NCBI GenBank assembly: GCA_003971905.1
Contig: RSEE01000054.1
Span: 248,001 to 312,000, forward strand
Direction of reading: 5' to 3'
Length of the DNA: 64,000 nt
Source of the DNA: Moniliella sp. 'wahieum'
Taxonomy: Eukaryota
In this document: positions 50,660 to 60,834 of the stretch, piece by piece
How positions within the stretch are numbered: position 1 is the first letter of the stretch
How the letters are laid out: each line of letters opens with the position of its first letter
Notes under the pieces: generated by a model
The model's database searches: none
Told to the model about the DNA's origin: nothing
Seen by the model: the letters and a program-made list of their open reading frames with translations, nothing else
Position numbers and translations under genes: made by a program

Positions 50660-52992
50660 TAATGAGGAGCTCGAGATGGGCATGCCAAAAATTGAGCGGG
50701 GGGCCGATGAGAAGACGAAGTGGAGGTAAAAGTGGAAGTCAGGCTGGTAGTTCGACGCGGATATTCCCGCTCTGTCGGCTTGACTTCTGTTGCGGCAGCG
50801 GTCAACCAGCCACGCCAGGAGCGCTCCCGGCCAAGCCGAGGGACATGATGGGGATGAGTCGGAGGCGGAAGATCAGTTTGGGCATGTGCGATAGCTTTTT
50901 TCCCTAGGACGTGGACTAATAGGGGGGAGAAATGGGGTTGGTCCAGCTTGTACCCCCGTACCAAATGAAAGTCGGATTTTCCCTCCTTTGGGCATTGCTC
51001 CAGCGAGAACAGAGGGGGTGGGTCCAGGGTGGCGTCTGTGGGTTTGAAGGGAACAGCGCCCTGGAGCTTACAGCTGTCACCGAACCACATTTCACGCTGT
51101 CCTTTCTCCTCCGCCTCACCTCCGAAGAGCGAACAAGTTGGGTCTCCTTTGCAACGAGCATGCGAGGGGTTTCTTTAGGAGGTAAGGGAGGGGGAACGTC
51201 ACAGTCGGAAATAGAACTGGTGTTCTGCACACCATCAGTCAAAGATGCCGAAGGCAGCATGGGCAAGACGGTAGTACCAACAGCCGGAAAGGCATATTTT
51301 GAATGAGCCCCCCACGATCTGGGACTGAATTCTTGTCTTCTTCAATAGGATCAGCTCGAGAGCTATCTATGGAGCTGATTCGTCTCTTGGGGAAAATAGT
51401 TGACGTACGAGAAGCCCTTGACGTCGGCGTACGGCTAATCTTGCGCTCATGGGAATTGGACGAAACTCCGTCAATCGAATAGATTGTTGTGGGTACAGTT
51501 GTGTTGGAGTCTCGAGAGTCATTCCGCGCGAGCGAAAAGGAAGATAGTACACTCTGCGTGTCTGTTGAAGATGGTCCATCGATGGATGTGGTATCCGTCC
51601 CGAAACGACCCAACCGTGCATGGGACCACTCCTCCCACCGGTCCCACCCTGGTTTAGATATGGGCCCACTTACAGGCGGAGGGACACTCCCTGTTCCAAG
51701 GTCCAGGCTTGGAAGGCGCAATAGCCGTCGATGACCATTAGTTGGTTTCATAGTGCATGAGTTCCCATGGAGGGTTTCGTAGGCAGAGAGGTATGGTGTG
51801 TGAGGTTAGAATGCCCCAAGGAGCGAGATATGTGTGTGCCAGCAGATGTCTCTTCTGGGCGCTTATTAGGGTTGCTTATTGAGCTGACCCAAGTGGAAGG
51901 GGGGTAGTTCATGGTCTCGCCCACACGCCTACCTGAAGTGGTCGGCCGGATTGGACAGGGGCTGAGCTGACTGTTGTTGGGGGAGAGTGGAGAGTTAGCC
52001 TTAAGCAGGACGGTAAGAGTTTAGGTGAGAAGAGACGTACTGTTTTTTTCAGCATGCACCTCTCTATCACCGTCGTACGATACGTTGCGCATAGACAACA
52101 GCGGCAGTTCGGAGTTATTGGGAAGAGAGAGCTTAGGGTGGCGCTCTGACTTGTCAGCATAATGTTGAGGTATTGGATGATCAATATGGGGGGCAGAGAG
52201 GTTGCTCCAGAAGGTGATGGCATTTTGCTGCAACGAATTTGGTGGAAAGGGAAATGCATCCAGCTCTTGCCCCAAGAAACCTTCGTCTTCCTCCGTGTCC
52301 CCACAACAGGCAAAGGAGAGTGGTGATGGCTGAGGCGGATCCGAGTTAGATTTGGACACTGAACCAGGCTCATTGTCTTCCTTGCGAATGCTGGATGTAG
52401 TGCCTTGCACGACCGCCTCATTGTTTCCCGTAGTGGCTGGCCGAGGAAACAAGTCGGTGAAGAAGTGAGAAGAGCGGCCACGGAGGGAACTAATCGTCGG
52501 TGCTCGTGGACGGCGGGGTTGGTGGGATGGATGGAAGTTGGTGGGGTAAGTTCGGAAAGGGTGGGGGACTGGGACGAGGAGAAGGTAGTACATGAGATGC
52601 CCAGGACTTGAGTGAGGGCGTAACGAGATGTGATTGAGGCTTCGGGTGGGGAAATGGGAAGGCCTTGTGTGTCCCTAAAGGGTTCAACGTGACGTCTCCA
52701 GCACTATCATATGGGATGGGTGGATCTGCGCTGCAGTGTTGGGTGGTGTCTTGCTGGTTAAGATATTGGTCTTCTCCTTTGCCGAGGATGTTATCGCTGT
52801 TGTGGCCGAGTGCAAGGTGTAGGTCGTTGCGGTCGAGGTCGAGTCCATTTTGTGTTCGGGAAGGGTAGGGGTTCGTAACTGGGGTAATGTCAGGCTAAGG
52901 TCCAGGCTGGTGTGGTCGAATTTGATATGGTCGAGCTCAATCCCGAGCCCAAGGCCAAAGGCCGTTTCCGAGGGGGCTGGGCTGTGGGTCAT
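50660..52992 (-). CDS. Hypothetical Ser/Pro-rich protein (fragmented by indels)
   Basis: Chain of minus-strand ORFs (52684-52992, 52021-52593, 51239-51751, 50916-51266, 50659-51090) with consistent disordered composition, including PPPLPPK. Confidence 0.4.
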
Positions 52993-53893
52993 ATGAGGGC
53001 GGTGGGGAGAGAGAAGACAATAGGAGAGATTGGAGGTAGGCGCACGAACAACAAAGTTGGAAAAGAGGAAAGGGTAATGGTGGTGGAAATGGTGGTGGTG
53101 GTGGTGGCAAAAGTGACTGGTGGGCGAGAGCTAGTATAGGCCGGTCTGGTGACGTGCGAGTGACCTGTCCCTGTGTTCTGTCTCCTTTTATCGATTATCA
53201 GGCGATGAATGAAGAGCGAATGACTGCTGTGACATACTAAAACGAGCTTAAGACCACATAGCATATTATTGCCCACCCACACACACTGCCTTCTCCACCA
53301 CTAAAAGTGAGTGCGTGTTCAATGCAGAAGGTGCCCGGTGGCTCCCGATTTTGGAATGAAGGCTCCACATGCCCGATTCCAACTCCTTGCAAACAATCCG
53401 GGGGGTTCGTCTGTAGGATCCCGACCACTTGTTTTACCCTCTCTGTGGAAACACTTTTTATAGCTAAAAAATAACCACATTTTAAGCTTTAAACTTTATC
53501 CCATCAGTCCCGCGTTCCCGCGTACTACCTGCACCAAGGCAGTGTTGGCCCACCCTGTGTATCACAGCTGCCCCCTCTCCACGCTCCTGCTGCGATTTAC
53601 ATGCGGAAGGCGCCACAGCCGCCACTACCACCATGGGTTTGCCTGCCTTGATGTGGCACAGCAGTGCGATGATGTCCAAAATGGCCCCCTTTTGGTAGTC
53701 AGTTGTGCCTCCCCATCACTAATAGTCACTCCATATATGTGGAGCTAAGAATGTGCACAGCATCAGATGGCCGCCTTTCGCATAGCATCCTGCATCCCCC
53801 CCGGCCTTGTGTTGATAGACAATTTTGTGCGCTGCGATGTCCTGATATCACCCTCGAGGGAGATGCATTCGCGCTGTGAGACATGTGATAGAC

Positions 53894-54370
53894 CTGGAGT
53901 CCTGATGGTCTCGAGGTGATGCAATCGCACTGGTGGTGGGTGGTGGTGGCAAGCCAATCAGCAACGCCTACTACAGAGGAACATCAAAAGCAGCGAGTCG
54001 CACCACAGGGGCAAGCTGCGGAACAAGGTGTTGAGCCATCGGGTGGCTCGTGCTTTGGCCAATGTCCCTTCAGTTCCTCCTCAAGCCTGGGAGTTCCGTT
54101 GTTTCTCTCTCTTGTTTTTCCTTATTCCGCAGCTTAGCCCCTGGTGGCGACTCGCTGCTTGTTGTTCCTCTATAGGCATTGCTGGTTGGCTTAGACCACC
54201 ACCACCACCAGTGCGATTGCATCACCCTCGAGGACATCAGGCCCATCAGGACTCCAGTAGATCTCATCACAAAAAGGACAACACAGGAGGGAGAAAACAA
54301 TGGTCCTCCTAGGCCTGATGAGGAACCAAAAGGACTTTGTTCGAAGCACGAGGTACCCGGTGGCTCAACA
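53894..54370. repeat. Interleaved inverted repeats A-B-A'-B'
   Basis: A (53894-54028) is the degenerate reverse complement of 54120-54257. B (54029-54117) is the degenerate reverse complement of 54279-54370. Confidence 0.9.
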
Positions 54371-54827
54371 ATCTGGAAAAGTGGTAGTAGTAGTGCGGTG
54401 TTGATGGTGGTGTAAAGCACAGACAACAACACCTACTAACGATACAGGATTTTCATCGGCTAGCCTAGCTAGTTTGCCATCGGACTATAACTCTCTCGTC
54501 TTCTCCCTTAGAAGCTACTACTGAAGGATTGAGTCGTTCGTATTTTGGCTATACTGAGAAGGGAGGAGACGATGAATTGACTCCAAAAGAGAGGGGCTCC
54601 TCAAGAGCAGAACGTATATAGGAGGGAGAGCAGATTGGATAGAACAGCGCCACCGAGATGATGGTCACATCTGCTGCTGTGACAATACCGATCTCAGACC
54701 TGGGGCTCAACATACAGTCGCTAAGCGTTCGCATGTCACATGCATCGCAGGCCAGATGTGTTTTTGTTAGTGTTATAGACCAGAGAGCAGGCAGTGGTAG
54801 TGTATGCATTGCACATGAGCTACAGAG

Positions 54828-54900
54828 GCTAGAGAACGTCCATTTCATTGGCAGACTTAAGAAGGCTGGGACAGGGGGAACGCTACGTCTAACCTAACCG
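54828..54900. repeat. Dispersed ~72-bp element, copy 2
   Basis: gctagagaacgtccatttcattggcagacttaagaaggctgggacagggggaacgctacgtctaacctaaccg matches 4910-4981 in the same orientation. Confidence 0.9.
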
Positions 54901-56374
54901 TAAATATTCCTGCCAGCCAGGAAGGAATATTGCACGGAACAAACCAGAAGGTTCCGGACTTGGGCTACCGGCGCCACTACCAGTGTGGCGTCACAGTTAG
55001 GAAGACTTGGTGGGCTCGTCGGCCAGAGCGGCTTGAAGCTTTTGAAGCTTGATCGATGATGCGAGAGGCATCAGATGCAGGGCCTCTCACAGGATCACCA
55101 GAAGCGCTGTGAATATGTGAATGCCCCAGCCCCCGGCTGTAAGGGGAAAGGAATATTCTCGAGAGGGGAGAGATTAGAGCGGTCCTAGTCCCTCCGCGGA
55201 GGCGTTTTGTGGAAGAGCTATGGGCGGCCCGTGGCATCCCTCACCTGAGCGCCTCAGCTGAGGAGGCCCGTGGGCCTGACGCGCTGACGTGACGCGTGGC
55301 ATGCGACATGCGGCATGTCAATGTGACATGATACATGATGTATGATGCATGATGATGATGCATGATGAATGGAACTTGGAGCTTGGAGCTTGGTGCATGT
55401 GCATGGCGTGAGATCTGGTGAAATTCACACCGATGGAGGGGCTGCCGTGGGTAGCAAAGGCCAAGTAGTATGGCAGGTGACCGGTGGAATCGAGAATGGG
55501 CGGGAGACAGAGCTCGGGCCTGCTCGGCCTCTGGGCAAGGCCAACTAAGGACTGCGGCTGAGCGCCTGCTCAGTTTTAACGTTCAGCTTCGGATTTCAAA
55601 AGCTTCAGACTTCAGTTCAAGCCTATATGAGCAAGAGGGAGGCCTGACATGCTGACACGAGGCCTTGAGGCATCAACTTGAAGCTTGAGGCTCAAGGCGC
55701 TTAAGCTTAAGCCCGAGGGCCTCAGCCTGAGGATGGAGGGTGGACGCAGATGGCAGGTGGCAGGCGATGGCTGAGAATTTCGTGAGACAGGAAGAATGTG
55801 GGGTGGCGAGAGGCGAGAGGGGTGAAACAATGCTGCTAGACGGTAGACGTTAATTCTGGCTTTCAGAGTTGGGCGCCTGATCTCCATGGAGTGTCCAGGC
55901 AACACAGCTGCGCCCCCCGGCCTTCAGGTCTCCGGCCGCCTCAGCGCCTCAGCCGGAGATCTGAGATGGAGAGGCCGAACTAAAACGTAGAACTGCGGCG
56001 CGGTGCCCTCAGTGCTGCGCTGCGCGAGATCGCTGAGGGTCTGATCGATGATCTTACGCCCTGTCTTTCGGAAGCTTGAAGTTAGTATGTCACACGTTGG
56101 CGTGTCAATTGTTTCTCGCAGTCGGCCGCAGTCGCCAGCCGCGTCAGCGCCGCACCGGGGTAGCCGGCTTCGCACGTATATAGCTTCGCGGTCGTTTCCT
56201 CGAAAGAGTGCGTTGGAGATAACAAGCCACCATCCTACTCGTCTCCTCTCTTCTTTCCTCCACCAGTCTCACCCTGCCTTGCTCCTGGCTAGCCCCAGAC
56301 TCCCGTCAGCTCGCGCTGTGGTGTCTTTTTGACCTCCACCCCCCCCCTCATCCACCACCACCATCACGTCAACC

Positions 56375-58701
56375 ATGTCCGCGCCCTCTACCCTCCCCTC
56401 GGTCACTGTGCGCGATGCCCAGGGACGGTCCGTCTTTGTCGGCCCTGCGGACGGTGCCGCCGTCTCCGCTATCCCTCCCGAGGTCCTCACCCCGAACGCT
56501 AGCGTCACCTTGTTGGCGTTGGCCGTGTCCAGCCCGTCACCGCCCCCCATGGCGGCATCCTTCTCCGCCCGCTTCCGCCCACTGCCCGCCGCAATAAACG
56601 TATACGCTCCATTGTCTCGTTTCGTCCCCGCAGCAGCCGCTTCGACCGCTTTAACACTGAATCGTCGGCGGACTCGTTTCGTGGCTTCTACACTCTCTTT
56701 TGGATCACCATGTTCCTTGCCATGCTCAACTCATTTTGGCGCACGTACCACCACACTGGCTCCATCCTCTCCCTCAGCTTTTTCAACCTCTTTAGCCGCG
56801 ATGCCAAAATGCTCGCGGTTTCAGACTTTGTCTTGATCGCCCACCTCTTCCTGGCCTTACCCCTCATCCAGTTGGCCACGCGCTACCGCATTCGCTACGC
56901 CAATGGCCTCGTATATCTTGTGTACTTTTGGCTCACCGGTATGCTTGCTGCAGTCATTCAGTGGAGTCGCCGGCGCGAGTGGCCTTGGGTTCAGAGTGGA
57001 TTTTTTGTCCTGCATACCATGGCCATGATGATGAAGCTCTACTCCTACCTTGACGTCAATGGGCACTTTGTGGATGATTACTGGAGCCTGCACGACAAGG
57101 AGGCCCAGCTAGCCCTGGAGGTGGAGCGAGTTGAGGGCGACGACGGAGAGAAGAGTGCACCATCACATGAGTCTGACAATGACTCTTCACATTCCTCTTC
57201 TACCAACAGCTTTATCTCTGACGCTCCCGATCGTGCTACCCGCGCCTGGCGCCGTGCCTGTTGTTCGTGCCCTTCACCAGGCAGAGGTGGTCGACGACAA
57301 TTTCGTCGGTGGTATTGTCAAATCTGATTGGTGCAAACAACAGCTTCAGCAAGGGATGTGCCGCGAAAGGTACGTGGCCAAAAACACGATTCCCTGGCAT
57401 TCTTCCATCAAGGTATCTGAAACAGAAGCGTGTGCGCCCCAAACCCACGACGCTCACGAGATCGGTGAGCGGAAAGAGCAGGCCGTTCATTCGAGAGCCA
57501 AGGAAGCCGTCGGCCAAGCACTTTCTATGGCGGGGATCTCCTCGGATTCCGACGCCGACAAGGAGAAAGATGCCACTGGCATCTCGGCGGTTTCCGACGC
57601 TGGCAAGGAGAAAGATACCACTGGCATTTCGGCAGGTCCCGAAGCTGGGAAGGAGAAAAATGTGTCATTCATCCCTGAACAGCCCACCATGCCTGCCGAT
57701 CGACGCACTGCACCATCACGGGTCCGCAGGGACGACCTCGTTTTTATTCGTGACCCCCATCCTCTCGCAACTCATCCAAATCCGAAGATTCGACAACTGG
57801 CGGAGGACATTGAAGTGCTGCGGGAAACCCTAGTGTCACGAGACCCCTACAACCGAATGCCGCCTTTGCAGTCCGAACCCTCAACGCCCAATATTGATGT
57901 TGCGGAGGATTTGACGCAACGACACTTCTTCCCCGAAAATTTGACCTTCTTCAACTTTTTGGACTATCTCTTGGTTCCCTCGTTGGTATACGAACTAGAG
58001 TACCCCCGAACCAATTCCATTCGCCCCGGATACCTTGTCGAAAAAGTTCTCGCCACTTTTGGTACCTTCTTCTGCATCTACATCATCACCACAACGTGGA
58101 TCTTACCAATCAGTCCCAATGGGCCCAACCAGACTTGGACGGAAGTCGTTGGTATTTTCCTCCAGCTTTCCATCCCCATGATGGCCTGCTATATCCTCAT
58201 CTTTTACATCATATTCGAGGCCATTCTTAACTTTTTCGCCGAGGCGACGAGGTACGTTCTGTGGCCAACTTACCTTCCCTCGTACAGTCACTGATTACGT
58301 CTTCTCTTTTTCCCTCTTTTATCAGGTTTGCCGACCGTGAGTTCTACAAGGATTGGTGGAACTCCAAGTCGATGGATGAATTTTCCCGGGACTGGAATCG
58401 GCCGGTGCACAGCTTCCTCCTCAAGCACGTGTATGCTTCGACTCTTTCCATCGGCGCCTCCAAACCAGTGGCGGTCTTCCTTACTTTTCTTCTCAGCTCC
58501 CTCATGCACGAGCTGGTGATGGCAATCGTGACGGGTAAACTGCGCGGGTACTTATTCCTGATGCAGATGGCACAGCTCCCGCTTATCGCTCTGGGGCAGA
58601 CCAAGTTTATCAAAGATTCGCCTGCCCGTGGCAACCTGCTCTTCTGGATTGGGCTCATGGTCGGCTTCCCGCTTCTCAACATCCTGTATCTTTCGTATTG
58701 A
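56375..58701 (+). CDS. Sterol O-acyltransferase (ACAT/ARE, MBOAT family)
   Basis: FRGFYTLFW, MMMKLYSY, FPENLTFFNFLDYLLVPSLVYELEYPRT, FADREFYKDWWNS, WNRPVHSFLLKHVY, catalytic SSLMHE. Intron 58252-58325. Confidence 0.95.
57533..57667 (+). repeat. In-frame 45-bp (15-aa) tandem repeat x3 inside the sterol acyltransferase
   Basis: GISSDSDADKEKDAT / GISAVSDAGKEKDTT / GISAGPEAGKEKNVS, with units starting at 57533, 57578 and 57623. Confidence 0.9.
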
Positions 58702-59078
58702 CCTACCCCCCCCCGGTCCCCTCACACACACACTGCTTTGCTCTCCGCCTCTCTCGGCTCCGCTCCATTCGTAACGTTGGTTATCTATCTTGTACGATAC
58801 TATCTGTTCATCCGCTGTCGTGATGTTGCCCTCATTATGTGTTAGGGGCACCTCTCCTGCTCACATATTTTATGTCCGACCTGTTGTCATTTTCTGTGCT
58901 TCCTCTCCAAAACTTCCCAGATACGCACTTGGGTACCATCAGTACATCAGTACCCTGTCCGATTACGATCTTGGATTGGCCGTTGTTGGTCTCAAAAAAA
59001 GTCGCTCGGTACACGTTTTGCCAGTGGATGTAGTCACTACCAAGCCGTCCTACCACTAGTAGGCGGTCAGCATCAGCG

Positions 59079-59093
59079 CGTTCAAGTTGAACG
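59079..59093. promoter_or_regulatory. Palindrome CGTTCAAGTTGAACG (copy 3), ~510 bp upstream of the DUF218 gene
   Basis: Identical 15-mer to 31613-31627. Function inferred. Confidence 0.4.
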
Positions 59094-59603
59094 TTGTTGA
59101 CCTTAACTTGAGGAGCGAGCCACAGCGCATGCCTATTAGGTAAGGCATGCTCCACCCCACAGGTATGTATATTGTGGGGTAGTTAGTAGTAGGTATATAT
59201 GTCCGGCCGGTGTAAGTCGGCCTCGGGTGCCTCTGTTTGCTCCTTCAGCTTGCGGTTCAGCCCGAACGGTGAACTTGAACGAACGCTTGACCTCCACGCT
59301 CCCCAGGGCAGCAGACACGGCGCCAGGCCCTCTGCCACCGTCCGACTCTTCGCCGACATCGAGACGGGGGGGCGAGAATGTTGCCCCACGAGCGAGAGCG
59401 GCCGCGGCCGCACGTTGCTGCTGCTGCCCGCAAGGCCACCGCTCCAACCCACCGCACCAATGCCAGTGCACGCTACTCCACCTCCAGCATCCCTTCCCCC
59501 TCCAATTGGCCACCCGTCTCGCGTCGCCCAGTCGCGTGACCAACCTGGGCCTCGGCCTCCTTGTCTCGTTTGTTTGTCTGTCTCTGTTGCTCAACCTCTT
59601 GCA

Positions 59604-60834
59604 ATGGTCCCGCCCTCTCTCGACGCCGCCCCCTCCCCTACCCTCCCCCTCCCAAAAGTTCCCACCGCCGAGCAGATCGCAGACTGGGCCAACTCCTTTG
59701 TGCCTCCTCCCCAGACTGGGGTGAAGGCCTCGACCACCTGGTCGTGGTTATCGGTCATGCGATCTGGACCGGTACCTCCTTCGATGGTCGCCAGGACGAG
59801 GACAATTGGGTCCTGGAGGAGGACCAAAAGGGTGATTCGGTGCGCACGTTTTGGAACCATACCCAACGAGGCATTGAGATTGCCAATGGTGACCCCTCTG
59901 CACTTTTGGTCTTTAGTGGAGGGCAGACCTGTCCCCACTCACTTGCAACCGAGGCGGAGAGTTACTTTCAGCTGGCGCTGCAGAGTAATATGAATCTTCC
60001 TGTCCTCCCTGGTGCGGAGGTGGTGCTGCTGACCACAGGGAAGCATGGGGCCGAAATTGCCCATTTGGGCGGATACAGATGAGGATGTGTGGGCGAAAAT
60101 GCGGCTGGTGCGAATGCTGCGGCTGCGATGCCTGCCCCCTCCCCCTTGGTGGCGACAAAGCCCATGCCCCTTCGACCGTCCTCAAGGCGGGCTCGGGGGC
60201 TGGGTTAGATTTACTTCGGATGACGACGGAGACGTATGCACTGGATAGTTTCCAAAACTTGCTATTCTCTCTCGCCCGCTTCCGCGAGTTTACCGGTCGG
60301 TATCCAGAGCGTGTCACGATCGTTGGTTACGAGTTGAGAAAAGAGCGGTTTCAGAATTTACACGCCAAGGCTGTGCGATGGCCGACTCAAGAACTGTACC
60401 ACAACAAGCGGCGTTTTACCTACATTGGCATTGATGACGCCGGCGACACGAGCAAACAGGACCTTCCGAACAAGAAGAACGAGTATTCCCTTTATAGTAA
60501 GGACATGTACGGGTGTCATGGTCAACTTTTGGTGCGTTATACTGCTCGATTCTAGCGATTTGAAAACTGATCCTCTTTTGCCTTGGTTGAACAGCAAAAG
60601 CGCCAGAACCGTAACCCAACACGCCGGTTTCCCCCTTACATGCTCTCGGCGCCCGAAATGGCGGGTCTGTTACAGTGGTGTCCGGAAGACGAAATTGGGC
60701 TGCAGGGGATCTACAACAACGACTTGCCTTGGGACCGAAAGTGGGACGAAACATGGTCCATCAAGGGTAGCATTGGAAAGGCCCGCCACTCTGGGAAGAA
60801 TTCAAAGGTGTCCTTGAGTCGGGAACGCGACTAA
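59604..60834 (+). CDS. DUF218-domain protein (yeast YOR238W-like)
   Basis: HLVVVIGHAIW, ALLVFSGGQT, TEAESY, TETYALDSFQNLLFSLARFREFTGRYP..VTIVG, R.RNPTRR.PPY. Intron ~60532-60594. Confidence 0.8.

Noticed and set aside
54315..54346. Hammerhead ribozyme call
   Set aside because: CUGAUGA and a stem II-like hairpin are present, but GAAA is GAAG and I could not build stems I/III with an NUH site. Kept only as a remark in the inverted-repeat finding.
43453..58701. Possible lipid or secondary-metabolite cluster (hydrolase, P450, acyltransferase)
   Set aside because: There is no backbone synthase, transporter or regulator. The ARE enzyme is housekeeping and lies 7.5 kb from the P450.
7214..60834. 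Frameshifts in nearly every gene (pseudogenisation or programmed frameshifting)
   Set aside because: Indels hit core genes (VMA6, ERD2, KGD2, LEU2, HIS5) indiscriminately while flanking residues stay conserved, and many fall in homopolymer or GC runs. This is best explained by uncorrected long-read errors, which short-read polishing would confirm.
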